From IMG/VR virus record IMGVR_UViG_3300042010_000129, positions 247,965 through 311,964 of that record: 64,000 nucleotides of DNA; one strand, written 5' to 3'. A program made the position numbers and the translations under genes. The notes under the pieces are model-generated. The model was not told where the DNA came from, did not search any database, and was given only the letters and a program-made list of their open reading frames with translations. Below, piece by piece: positions 8,220-17,963 of the stretch. Within the stretch, counting starts at the first letter, position 1. Every line of letters begins with the position of its first letter. Source of the DNA: a virus. Taxonomy: Duplodnaviria; Caudoviricetes.

Positions 8220-10160
8220 TTAAATTCCGTATTTGTTGCGAAAAGTGTTGATCGTTTGGATTGGTATTTTCAAGGAGTTTGCTTCGGCGGTCTTTTTATT
8301 TGAAGCCGATTCATCCTTCACGATCAGCAGTGTCGCCTGCTTAACCGTAGAGGCGATCTTACCACCGTTTGCAATAATCCATTTTTCCGCTTCTGCATCG
8401 CGAACGGAAGTGAACAACACGGACTGCCCAGCCATCTTGGAACCAACTACTTCCGCTTTTTTAGCCGCAATAAGTTTAATCCCATTGCGCTTGCAGAATT
8501 TGACGAATGCATTTAGGTTCCCGGCAATCTGATCAGCCAGTTTATCGAAACCTTTGATATCCCTTACACGCCGCGCCAACTGCGAATCGTCCCAAGTTGT
8601 TTCGAGCAATTCGGGAATGCCATCGAACAGAAGTTGCAGACGTTTTTCAGCGATGCCCTCACCAAAAGCGGCAGAACCTTGGGCAACGTTTAGGAAAGTC
8701 ATTTTGGATTTTGTGGACTTCAGGGCCTTGTGCAATTTCACGGCAGAAGTTTCGCCGTAAGCTGGTAGGTTCTTGATATCGGCCAAATCCATATCGAGGA
8801 TTTTCTTCACGGTGTCGTAACCGGCGTCCACAAGCTTGGTGACAACCCCTTGCTTCACGCCGTCAACTTCCAACACGGTGAAAAAGTACGTCAATTCTTT
8901 AATCGTGCGCAGGTTGGATTTCCCATCATGCACCGCGTAAAGAAATGCGCCTTTTACTTTGTATGGAACGTCGGGCACGGCTGGCTTTTTCGCAGCTTCC
9001 ACAACTTCCATGATGTACGGGATTACGTCGCCCGAACGCACGCAACGAATGATCGCGCCTTTGTTCAGTGGACGCGGTTTATACGGCGGCTTGCCACCGT
9101 TTTTCTTCACGTCTTCTTGGCTGTAACCGTTTTTGATGTAATCGTAATTGTGCGCCGTAAAACTGGTGACGCTCACACCACCAATAATGGTCGGTTTGAT
9201 CTTGATTACCTGCGTGAGTTTTCCGAGGCGGGATTCCTCGAACACCACGTCGATTACAGGCACAACAACAGAGTTTGCAATGCTGTTGATTTTAAATGCG
9301 TAGGCGTGTTCCGGATAACCTTCGCCAGCTTTGTATTTGACGTTCTGCGCCATCACAACGCCGTCGATATCCCGGCCCGCTTCTTTCTTCCGCTGGTCGT
9401 GGTATTTCTCCATCGACTCTTGCGTGATTTTCTTCACCACAATATGCGGCACCACATCGAATTTGTAGCGTTCGAGAATCGCCAACTGTTCGTTGAGTGG
9501 AATGCCTGCACCTTTGCCCAAAAGAATTTCGTAGCAGATGGTACGGAATTTCTTCGCATGCTCATGCACTACGTCCCGGTTGAGCAAGCCACCGGCAGTG
9601 TTGCGGCCAGTCTTGTCGTCAGGGAAATATTTCTTGAACGTGGTTTTATCAATCGTGAATTCCGCACGGACAATGAAACGCCCTTTGTACGGAATTGACT
9701 TCGGAATTTTGAGGTGCGGAATAATCTTCGACACGTTCTTACCGACCGTGCCTTTCTTACCGCGAGTGGTCGCCAGAATTGGCACACCATCTTGGTAAGT
9801 GATGGACAAGGAAATTCCGTCTTCCTTGTCGCTCAGAGTGAAGCTGGTAGCCTTCATAAAAGCGAGGCGGCGACTTTCCGTCAGCGTGTGAAACTTATCG
9901 AGACTTGCCATCGGAACTTCGAGAACGATATCGACGTTTTTAACACCGCCAACATCCTTTGCGCTTTTCGCACGTTTCGTAATCGACCAACGATAATCGT
10001 CCATGATATCGTAGATTTCATCCGACACTACTTCCGCATTTGCACGATATCTTTCGTCCAACTCTTTCAGGATTTCGTTCAGCTTTGGAAGTTTGTACGA
10101 CTTCGCGAACGCTAGTGGATCGCGGCGCATTGCTCGCTTTTGTTCAAGCGTGAATTTCAT
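8220..10160 (-). CDS. ligA: NAD-dependent DNA ligase (646 aa)
   Basis: Domain Ia Y..VSDEIYD; MASLDK; adenylation motif KEDG; DIDGVV; OB-fold RSGDVIP; HhH repeats; C-terminal BRCT (GQSVLFTS...GGKIASTV). Confidence 0.92.
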   Translation of the reverse strand: MKFTLEQKRAMRRDPLAFAKSYKLPKLNEILKELDERYRANAEVVSDEIYDIMDDYRWSITKRAKSAKDVGGVKNVDIVLEVPMASLDKFHTLTESRRLAFMKATSFTLSDKEDGISLSITYQDGVPILATTRGKKGTVGKNVSKIIPHLKIPKSIPYKGRFIVRAEFTIDKTTFKKYFPDDKTGRNTAGGLLNRDVVHEHAKKFRTICYEILLGKGAGIPLNEQLAILERYKFDVVPHIVVKKITQESMEKYHDQRKKEAGRDIDGVVMAQNVKYKAGEGYPEHAYAFKINSIANSVVVPVIDVVFEESRLGKLTQVIKIKPTIIGGVSVTSFTAHNYDYIKNGYSQEDVKKNGGKPPYKPRPLNKGAIIRCVRSGDVIPYIMEVVEAAKKPAVPDVPYKVKGAFLYAVHDGKSNLRTIKELTYFFTVLEVDGVKQGVVTKLVDAGYDTVKKILDMDLADIKNLPAYGETSAVKLHKALKSTKSKMTFLNVAQGSAAFGEGIAEKRLQLLFDGIPELLETTWDDSQLARRVRDIKGFDKLADQIAGNLNAFVKFCKRNGIKLIAAKKAEVVGSKMAGQSVLFTSVRDAEAEKWIIANGGKIASTVKQATLLIVKDESASNKKTAEANSLKIPIQTINTFRNKYGI

Positions 10161-11458
10161 AGACGTTTCCCAGCAGTCATTTCAAGGTCGGCGGCCTTTT
10201 CCAAAATCTTGTCGAGTTCAGGCCCTTGCATCAGACGCCCTACCGAAACAGATTTCAATTGCCGCAAGTCTTCCCCGGCATGCACTTTGTAATGACGCAA
10301 CGATTTGGTGTCTTCATTGTAAAGCACAAGCGTGTCAGACATGCCGTGTTCTTCAATGCTGACGATTACCCACTCGGCGTTATCCCGCGCAATCAGCACT
10401 TGTCCTTCTTGTGCCAATACCGCAGTTTCATCATCGACTGGTTCACCGTCTTCGTCGGTTTCCTGATCTTTGTGGAAATCCATTTCTGGATCTTCCTCTT
10501 CCTCAAAGTCTTCGTCTTCCAAAGGAGTAATACCCGGTTCTTCTCCTTTATTTACAGTATTGCCTCCGCTTTCCTCGGGGAAATCTTCCTGTTCGATTGG
10601 CGGATTCAGCAGATTTTCTTCGTCTTCCGGTTCGAAATCGAAATCTTCGTCGATATCTTTGTAATCGAAAGTGGTCACAAGCGGTTTATTTCGCACCACA
10701 TGTTTTGCACTTTCCGACTCGCCAGTTTTGGTCTGGCGTGGCAGCGGAACATCGCGTGGCTTGCGTGGGATTTTAATTGCCCGCGCACGCTTGGGAAGTT
10801 CTTTTGCCAGTTCCGCAAATTCGACGATGCCGGTCTGCTGTTGGGCACGCGGCTCAATGTCGGTATTGTTCGTGATTTGTTCGTACAGTTCGTGCGCGAT
10901 CAACACGCGTTCACCGTTCGGCATGATCACATAACCGCCATGGGATTTACGCAGGTAGCGCAGGCCCACAACGTCACCGGTTTTCAAAGTAGAACGGGAA
11001 GTCCCGTAATGCTTCGTGGTCACGGTGATGCTGTGCATTACCTTTCGCCACTGGTAATCGTCGCGGTCGTAACTGTGAACTTCGCGAGGCTTGCGCGGAC
11101 TCACATAAAACTGCGATTCTTGACGATCATTTTCCAGTTGGTTTTTGCGCATGTACTGGTGCCGGGCGCCTTCCTTTTTTGGCGCTTCCGGAATCCCTTT
11201 GTACTCTTTGAATTGCTTGATGAATTTGTCGATTTGATCCTGCTTGATCGACCGGTAAATCTTTTGCGGGTATTTGGCGAGTACCACTTGATACGCACCA
11301 GCGGTTGGCCCCCGTGTTGCTTTTCGGAAGCCAACCAAATCGTCAGTATCGACCGTGACAGGCGTATCGTCCAGCCGCAACTTAAAACTTTTACCCGCGT
11401 TGTACATCCATTCGAACTGCTTGAAATCAGCAGGTGATGCGGCAAGGGAAATAATCAT
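10157..11458 (-). CDS. Hypothetical protein with acidic region, possible virion protein (433 aa)
   Basis: Begins MIISLAASP; long D/E-rich linker. Confidence 0.6.
   Translation of the reverse strand: MIISLAASPADFKQFEWMYNAGKSFKLRLDDTPVTVDTDDLVGFRKATRGPTAGAYQVVLAKYPQKIYRSIKQDQIDKFIKQFKEYKGIPEAPKKEGARHQYMRKNQLENDRQESQFYVSPRKPREVHSYDRDDYQWRKVMHSITVTTKHYGTSRSTLKTGDVVGLRYLRKSHGGYVIMPNGERVLIAHELYEQITNNTDIEPRAQQQTGIVEFAELAKELPKRARAIKIPRKPRDVPLPRQTKTGESESAKHVVRNKPLVTTFDYKDIDEDFDFEPEDEENLLNPPIEQEDFPEESGGNTVNKGEEPGITPLEDEDFEEEEDPEMDFHKDQETDEDGEPVDDETAVLAQEGQVLIARDNAEWVIVSIEEHGMSDTLVLYNEDTKSLRHYKVHAGEDLRQLKSVSVGRLMQGPELDKILEKAADLEMTAGKRL
10549..10560 (-). promoter_or_regulatory. ATACTGTAAATA motif (intragenic, ~390 nt upstream of ligA)
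   Basis: Exact copy of the recurrent motif. Confidence 0.45.
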
Positions 11459-13122
11459 GTCACAATAATCTCTTTCGTCGCGGTGACTGTTTCGTGTTGG
11501 AGTGTGTAGGAAGTTTGCAGCGTGTACGTGCCCGGAACGGTTGCGGTTACAACACCGAGAACGATTGAAACGTTGTCGTCAGAACACCACCACAACGCGC
11601 TGGCTGTGCGCTCGGAACCATCGCTGAATTCGACCAGTGCCTGATATTGCGTAGGCACCAACACACGGAACGTTTCCGGCCCGGTAATGCGGGCATGGAT
11701 TGGATACGTGCGATTGTCGATAATGGTCACGGGCAAACTTGCTTCCAATTCAACACCGCTAATTGACAGCGTGGCGTAAACAGTCAGTTCTGCCGTTTCC
11801 ATTACCTGCACCGCGTGAAGAATTCCCGAATTGGTAATCGACGCGATATGGTTATTGGAAAGCGTCCACTTCGCAGGCAGCACAATGTCTGTACCGTCAG
11901 CATAAACAACGTGGAACTTCAGCGACTGGTATTCACCGACGTACATTGGCGAGCGCAATTCAATCCACGCGCTGACAGGCAGCGTAGCGGACGGCACAAC
12001 GTCAATGGTTTTGAAAGCCGAAAGGTTTTCATATTGCGCCATGAAATTTACGGATGTTTCCGCATCAACTTTTGGCGCTGCGTAGAACTGGTTGCCGTCG
12101 TCAAGGGCGCCAGCACTTGTTACCGTGTGAATCTTCGAGGTAACGGCCTTGCGTGTACCATCGCTAAAAATCAGCGTGGTGTAATACTGAACGACCAAAC
12201 CTTCACGAACTTTCGAAGGGCCTTCAATCTCCAACGATTCGGCGCGCACGGTTAAACCGACGACGCTCAATTCAATTGAAGCACTGGTAATAATTCCATC
12301 GTATTCGAAGACGCCAATAATCGTGGTGGTTTCCACGCCTTCGACTGCGTTGGCACAAAATGCACCGTTACATGAAATCGTACCGGCCTCGGGATTGGTG
12401 CTGACCCACGTCGCAACAACCTCGTTATTTTTGCCGTTATCAAAAAGAACGTCGAGGCCAAAACTGGCACGCGCACGTTCCATCACAATTGACGGCCCGA
12501 TCACATAAGCTCTGACCGGATAAATTGCAGAATCGACAACCAGAATGTCCATGAAAATCTGGCGCGTTACACCGTTCTCCGTGTAGGAGGCGGTAAAGCG
12601 AACCATTGCAGAGCCGCGAATCTTTTGGAAATGCGCAAGGCCCGTCGCGTCAATTGTGGCAACGCTTGGGCGGCTGGAAACAAAGGTAGTCGGTATAACA
12701 ATAGCGCTCGAACCGTTGTCGTAATTCGCAGTGACGACGTATGATTCTATTGTGTTTTTCTCCACTTCGGTTTTACCCGCAATGGAAATAGAAATGAGGG
12801 CAGGAGGCGTATCAACATCCCGCACATAAATGACAACTGTTGCAGTCAGCGTGGAATCCGATCCCGCGTGATAATACCTGCACAAGACTTGCACCGGGCG
12901 CGTACCCGTTTGCACAGAACCAGCAGTAAATAAACCACTCGGTGAAATCGTGCCGTACTGTTCGGAAGCAACAGACCATTCTGCCTCGACTTCGTGTTGC
13001 GAATTGTCGTCAAAAGTGGCGACCGCACGCATTTGGAAAGTCGAACGCTCCGCTATTGGAGCACTAGGGCCAACCAAATCCAGTTGGATTGGCACCAGTT
13101 CCTCAAAGCTAGTATCGGCCAT
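11455..13122 (-). CDS. Ig-like (Big_2-type) repeat protein, probable virion fibre/appendage (555 aa)
   Basis: About five repeats of I.I.GP..V....y...A.ysDGs.....W......atI...G.ltA; ATG at 13122 with GGAG SD preferred over the TTG at 13179. Confidence 0.7.
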   Translation of the reverse strand: MADTSFEELVPIQLDLVGPSAPIAERSTFQMRAVATFDDNSQHEVEAEWSVASEQYGTISPSGLFTAGSVQTGTRPVQVLCRYYHAGSDSTLTATVVIYVRDVDTPPALISISIAGKTEVEKNTIESYVVTANYDNGSSAIVIPTTFVSSRPSVATIDATGLAHFQKIRGSAMVRFTASYTENGVTRQIFMDILVVDSAIYPVRAYVIGPSIVMERARASFGLDVLFDNGKNNEVVATWVSTNPEAGTISCNGAFCANAVEGVETTTIIGVFEYDGIITSASIELSVVGLTVRAESLEIEGPSKVREGLVVQYYTTLIFSDGTRKAVTSKIHTVTSAGALDDGNQFYAAPKVDAETSVNFMAQYENLSAFKTIDVVPSATLPVSAWIELRSPMYVGEYQSLKFHVVYADGTDIVLPAKWTLSNNHIASITNSGILHAVQVMETAELTVYATLSISGVELEASLPVTIIDNRTYPIHARITGPETFRVLVPTQYQALVEFSDGSERTASALWWCSDDNVSIVLGVVTATVPGTYTLQTSYTLQHETVTATKEIIVT

Positions 13123-13148
13123 GAGAAAATATTCTCCATATTCAACGG

Positions 13149-13184
13149 AAAAAGCGGGGTGCCCAAAACAAATGGACAACCCGC
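13149..13184 (-). terminator. Probable intrinsic terminator between the two Ig-like genes
   Basis: Minus-strand GCGGGTTGTCC...GGGCACCCCGC stem (10 of 11 pairs) followed by TTTTT. Confidence 0.5.
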
Positions 13185-13191
13185 CTTCACG

Positions 13192-15519
13192 TTACACGTA
13201 TTTAATGGAGTAGTTGTTGGTACGTGGGCTGAACTCCGGAAGAGTTGTAGCCTCGTTACGAACAATAATCCACGGACGTACTCCGGTGCCGTCATCGTAC
13301 TGCACGGTCAGAGTTTTCGGCAGGTTCGCATCGTAACCCGGCAGACCTTCTTCGTTACCGATTACATCGTTGCGGTAATTGATACCGTCGAAAGTAACGT
13401 TGAAAGAGTTCGCCAAATCGACGATGAACGTATCGCCAGCGCGAGCATCCCACATCACGTAAACGTAATCGTCCACGGTGATAACGGTTTCGATGTTTTT
13501 CGCAATGCCATCGGTAGTGATATCGAGGGTATTGGTCATCACGCTCGAAACGAAATCATCGAGGCCAGTCCAGTGGGTGTACTGTTTGCCGGACGCAGAC
13601 GTTTCTTCGGTCACGCCGTAATCGCGTTCTTCCTGAGTAATTTCGCTGGCGATTGGGCCACCAGTAAATTGCACGTTGGAGAACATCGCAACGCCATAAC
13701 GCAGCGGCGGAATTTCAACCACGCCAGTTTCGACGGTGATTGCTTTGGTCGCGTTCAGGTTAATGCCGTCTTCAGTGTAGGTCGTGCGAACGTTTACAGC
13801 GCCGTTTGCAACGCCAGTCACATTACCTTCAGCATCAACGGTTGCCTTCGAAGTATCCGAAGTTGTCCACTCGCCCGGAATCTTGTCCACGGTCGAACCA
13901 TCGCTATAAGTGACGGTGTAAACGTAGGCTTTGGTTTCCAGCGGCGCGATGGTATTCGAACCGGTGATTGCACCAGATACAGGCCAGTTTTTCGTGTCCG
14001 CAATAGCAATGGTACGCTTCGCGGTTACAGTCACGCCGTTTTGGGTGTACGAAACGTTCACTTCAACGGATTTGCTGCCCGGCGCAGTCAGTGGTTTTGC
14101 AGTCAACAAACCGTTTTGATCAATGGTCGCATAAGTACCAGAGGTCAGAGTCCACAGCGCGTTCACATCTGCTTCGGAAGCATCAGAGAAAACAACGTGT
14201 GCATTCAGGTCGATTGCCGCATCCTGATCAACGGTGTTCGGGCCGGTGATTGCGATTGTGTTCGGGTAGATAGCAGGGTCTTTGATAACCACAGCCAGCG
14301 ATGCGTTGCGAGTTACGCCAGCGCTCACATAAGTAGCGGACAAGTTCGTAGAAACATCACGAATTTGTTGCGGACGCGGAGTCAGCACACCACCAACAAA
14401 AGAACCTGCGTTCGAATTGCTGGAAATAAACGCGTTCGGCGTTACGGTGGCGGTCGAGCCGTCGCTGTAGGTTGCCAAAACGGTGTAGGTGCCGATTTCC
14501 GATTTCAGGAATTGCGTCGGGCCGACGATTTCGATGTGGTCAAGAAGAACCAGATCCGGATCACCGATAATGGTAATCACGAAATCAACGAAAACAGTGT
14601 CGCCACTTTCTTCGTGTTTCCAACTGGCGCGAACAGTAACCGGCGTATCAACCGCAACCAAACCAGCGTGGAAAACGCCAGTAGCCGCATTGATCGAACC
14701 ATGTTCTTCGTTGTTGGTAAGTGTCCACGTTGCCTGCACGCTGAAAAACTTCGTGCTGTCATCCATGGTCACATCGGCGCGCAATACGTGGTTAGTGTTG
14801 CCAACCACTTTTTCAGCCGGGCCAGTAACCGCAATGGAAACCGGACGCGGGCCGATGTACGCAAATTCCGTGGTAGGCGGCAACCATTCAGCGATGAAAT
14901 TTCCGTCTTCGGTTACTTCGGTGATAAACAGAAGTGTTCCGTTGCCCGGATCGCTACCGATTACAGTCACGTAATTTTCCGAACCATCACCGCACGAAAG
15001 CATGGTGCGCGGCACGTCGCCGTGGCTGTGCGGAAGCGGATCGCGCTCGTTGCTCATACGCAAATCGTTATCGCCAACGATGATCGGAAGCAGCGGATCA
15101 ACAATCACAGAATTCTGCGAAAGTTTCACACCGCCGAAACGATCTTTCGAAGCCAGCGGCGGACGGAAATCAGGCACTGCGCCCAAAATCGGATCAGCTT
15201 CTTTTTTGAAAAACTGTTCTTCGTTGAAAATTTCTTCAACGGTGGAAAGAACCGCCCACGATCCACGATAATCCTTGTCGTCGTATTTTTCTGCATCAAC
15301 ACGGCGCATCAGGACTTTGTAATCTTCGTGGTTTGGATCAGCGTTGATCCACGTCACGTTATACGGAACGGTCAAGGTATCCGGTTCGAGAAGAGAAACG
15401 AGGACAGAGAATTTCTTCCCATTGCCCTCGACAATAATCTCGACCGGGTTGAATTTCGAGAGGCCGCGATAGTTCAAAGCAATCGCGATTTTCTCGTCAA
15501 CAAACTCGGTCAGTGTCAT
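13192..15519 (-). CDS. Fibre-like protein with Ig-like repeats (775 aa)
   Basis: N-terminal ~215 aa paralogous to the 15529..16173 product; then four to five Big_2-like repeats (e.g. WTTSDTSKATVDAEGNVTGVANG). Confidence 0.7.
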   Translation of the reverse strand: MTLTEFVDEKIAIALNYRGLSKFNPVEIIVEGNGKKFSVLVSLLEPDTLTVPYNVTWINADPNHEDYKVLMRRVDAEKYDDKDYRGSWAVLSTVEEIFNEEQFFKKEADPILGAVPDFRPPLASKDRFGGVKLSQNSVIVDPLLPIIVGDNDLRMSNERDPLPHSHGDVPRTMLSCGDGSENYVTVIGSDPGNGTLLFITEVTEDGNFIAEWLPPTTEFAYIGPRPVSIAVTGPAEKVVGNTNHVLRADVTMDDSTKFFSVQATWTLTNNEEHGSINAATGVFHAGLVAVDTPVTVRASWKHEESGDTVFVDFVITIIGDPDLVLLDHIEIVGPTQFLKSEIGTYTVLATYSDGSTATVTPNAFISSNSNAGSFVGGVLTPRPQQIRDVSTNLSATYVSAGVTRNASLAVVIKDPAIYPNTIAITGPNTVDQDAAIDLNAHVVFSDASEADVNALWTLTSGTYATIDQNGLLTAKPLTAPGSKSVEVNVSYTQNGVTVTAKRTIAIADTKNWPVSGAITGSNTIAPLETKAYVYTVTYSDGSTVDKIPGEWTTSDTSKATVDAEGNVTGVANGAVNVRTTYTEDGINLNATKAITVETGVVEIPPLRYGVAMFSNVQFTGGPIASEITQEERDYGVTEETSASGKQYTHWTGLDDFVSSVMTNTLDITTDGIAKNIETVITVDDYVYVMWDARAGDTFIVDLANSFNVTFDGINYRNDVIGNEEGLPGYDANLPKTLTVQYDDGTGVRPWIIVRNEATTLPEFSPRTNNYSIKYV

Positions 15520-15528
15520 GACGATTCC

Positions 15529-16173
15529 TTATTTCTGAATGTCGGTAGAAGTCAGCTGGCGCCATACAGCGTTGCCATTACCGGTCGCGATCAGAGTTGC
15601 ACCAACAACCGGCGTTGCACTGCCGGAAATGGTAATCACGGTGGTTTTGGTTTTCAGCTGCGTAGCCGGTTTTTCCGGGTGCGTGTGTTCGGTCGGTTTA
15701 CGCGGATCGGAAAGACGCGGATCACCTTCACCAACAGCAATCGGGTTTGCCGGGCTGACAGGGGCAACGCTCAATTTCGCGATGCCGAGAATATCTTTCG
15801 TCGCGCCCGGAATCGGATCGAGTTGCGCCAAAATTGCCGAATCTTCCGCGTCGTAGAATTGGTCTACGTCGTATTCGGCCATGGTGTCGATCACTTCCCA
15901 CGTGTGGGTTGTGCCAGCGGCCACGTCAGGCTCTTTCGAAACACGACGGCGCGCAGTGTTGTAATACGGGCCGTGGTTTGGGTTGAAATCGAACCAGATC
16001 ACATTGAGTGGCAGAATTTCGTTGTACGGTTCGGTAAGCGCGCACACGGTGGTATGCACGCGGCGAACTGTCGAGTTCTGCACACGGATCGGAATCGGAT
16101 TGGTTTCATCCAGATTCTGAATGTCCGAAATCACGCGATAAGAATCGCGGATATCTACGAGTTGTTTTTCCAT
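15529..16173 (-). CDS. Short fibre/sheath-associated protein (214 aa)
   Basis: Contains ATKDILGIAKLS and VGEGDPRLSDPRKPTEHTH, motifs typical of tail fibre repeats; directly downstream of the sheath gene. Confidence 0.6.
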   Translation of the reverse strand: MEKQLVDIRDSYRVISDIQNLDETNPIPIRVQNSTVRRVHTTVCALTEPYNEILPLNVIWFDFNPNHGPYYNTARRRVSKEPDVAAGTTHTWEVIDTMAEYDVDQFYDAEDSAILAQLDPIPGATKDILGIAKLSVAPVSPANPIAVGEGDPRLSDPRKPTEHTHPEKPATQLKTKTTVITISGSATPVVGATLIATGNGNAVWRQLTSTDIQK

Positions 16174-16178
16174 TGGAA

Positions 16179-17819
16179 TTAATTCTCTTGGAAGCTGATA
16201 GAGGAACCGAAATTGCGGATATCGGCGGTCAGGGAAGCACGGCGGGCCGGAATGCTCGGGTCGATAACGAAATCGAGGTTGATATCGTTATTCGCGATAT
16301 CTGCCGGTTTGTTGTTACGGCTGTCGCAAATGGTTTCCCATTCGTACAAACCACGACCGCGTTTCACCGTTGCTGCTTCGGCGTCCACGATGTTTTTCAG
16401 CTGCTTGCGTTCGTAATCGTCGGCAGGGTTGAAAACCGATGGCAGGAAAGCACGACGAATCATTGCTTTGATGCCGTTTACCAGACGACGCACGTTCACG
16501 TTCTGGAAACCAGACGCGAAATTCTGCAAAGTCAGTTGTTCCATGATCACGAAACCACGGCCCGGAATTCGACGCACGTAGTTGATTTGCGCCTGTTCCA
16601 AAGCGTTGCGTTCGCGCAGGCTGTATTTCTTGGAAAGATCCGTGACTTTTACTTGACCACGATTCAAACCAGCCGGTGCCCAGTAGTAGGCACGAACGCG
16701 GTCGGTGTACGCGTATTGCGCAGCAACCAAACCGGAAATCGGGCAAAAGAATTTCTTGCCGGAAACGTCGTCGGTAATCTGACCACGCGGGCCATACATT
16801 GCCGAGTAGCTGGAACTCAGGTTCAGGATATTGCGACGGTAATTCACAGCACGCGAAACTTCTTCGTATTCGTGCGGCAAATCAACAATCGAAATCGCGT
16901 CACCGCGTGCAGTTGCTACGGCGTCAATGCGACGGTGAATGATCGGGTTTTCGTAACCACAACCAACCAGCAATTGCACTGCGAATTGATCAGTATCGTC
17001 GATGCCTTCCCATGCGTTGCTCACTTCGGCCACGGTCGCACGCGCACCATCGGCGCCACCATCCAGACGTTCGAAAGCAGAAGTGCGGATTTCAACCGGT
17101 GGGCAAAGCGAATTGTTTTTCACTTTGATGTATTGCGAGAATGCGTTTACACGCGACTCGACAAACATCTGATTGCCTTCGCCATCCAGTTCGAATTTAC
17201 GCGAACACAGATACGATTCAACCGGAATGCTGGCGCTGCCCTGATAATTCAGGAAAACTTCCAGATAGAAATGCGTTGGGTCATTGAATTCACCGACTTC
17301 GGTTCCTTCCGGGTTTGCCGGACGAACCAATACAGTCAGTGCGCCTGCCCAATCGCCGGGGCTATTCGCGCAAACGTAAAGCAAAGCGTTTTTAACGCCC
17401 GGCTCGTTTACGTTGAAACCCAACACGTCGAGCGGATTCCCCAATACGCCTTGCGGTTTGTTGGTTCCATCGTCGAAATTCACCAGTTTAATAACTGGTT
17501 CCAATGCAGCGCTATCGTCAACCGAAAGGTAGGCGCCAGCGGTGCGGGCGGTATCGGCGTTTACTGCGCGTTTAATCCACATTGCGGTTTGCACCAAAAC
17601 GTGTTCTGCGCAATGCATGCCGTAGCCGTATTTGGAATAGTTCTTGTCACCGAACTTTTCCTTCAAATCTTGCGTATCGGTAACGTAAATCCATTCCGAC
17701 GTAGAGCCGCGAGCGGACTCGATCACAGCAGCCGCAATAGAGCTAATGACCGGCGAACCGCGTTGACTTACGTCGCGATCCTGATCATAAACCCCAGCGC
17801 TGGAGTTGGTAAAAGCCAT
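16179..17819 (-). CDS. Contractile tail sheath protein (546 aa)
   Basis: N-terminal SAGVY; YYWAPAGLNRG; C-terminal VNVRRL and ICDSRNNKPADIANN signatures. Confidence 0.92.
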   Translation of the reverse strand: MAFTNSSAGVYDQDRDVSQRGSPVISSIAAAVIESARGSTSEWIYVTDTQDLKEKFGDKNYSKYGYGMHCAEHVLVQTAMWIKRAVNADTARTAGAYLSVDDSAALEPVIKLVNFDDGTNKPQGVLGNPLDVLGFNVNEPGVKNALLYVCANSPGDWAGALTVLVRPANPEGTEVGEFNDPTHFYLEVFLNYQGSASIPVESYLCSRKFELDGEGNQMFVESRVNAFSQYIKVKNNSLCPPVEIRTSAFERLDGGADGARATVAEVSNAWEGIDDTDQFAVQLLVGCGYENPIIHRRIDAVATARGDAISIVDLPHEYEEVSRAVNYRRNILNLSSSYSAMYGPRGQITDDVSGKKFFCPISGLVAAQYAYTDRVRAYYWAPAGLNRGQVKVTDLSKKYSLRERNALEQAQINYVRRIPGRGFVIMEQLTLQNFASGFQNVNVRRLVNGIKAMIRRAFLPSVFNPADDYERKQLKNIVDAEAATVKRGRGLYEWETICDSRNNKPADIANNDINLDFVIDPSIPARRASLTADIRNFGSSISFQEN

Positions 17820-17887
17820 GGGTGAATCCCCTTATATGGTTGGAATACGGGAAATTGAGAATCGCGAATAAACGCATTTCCTGTATT

Positions 17888-17894
17888 TAAATTA
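17888..17894 (-). promoter_or_regulatory. Candidate late promoter element TAATTTA
   Basis: 69 nt upstream of the sheath ATG and just downstream of a terminator. Confidence 0.45.
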
Positions 17895-17916
17895 CGCAAA
17901 GGGGATTTCAGGCAAC

Positions 17917-17940
17917 AAAAAAGGGGCCATATAGGCCCCC
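17917..17940 (-). terminator. Rho-independent terminator
   Basis: GGGGCC-TATAT-GGCCCC followed by TTTTTT on the minus strand. Confidence 0.75.
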
Positions 17941-17963
17941 GCTTTGTATTGCATTTGTAATGA

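Noticed and set aside
12994-16182. 1062-aa plus-strand ORF (likewise 1542..3593, 30643..34251, 34273..36774, 43933..45732 and many others)
   Set aside because: Exact antisense shadows of motif-bearing minus-strand genes; no recognisable motifs or SDs. Best explained by codon bias that avoids TTA/CTA/TCA codons on the coding strand.
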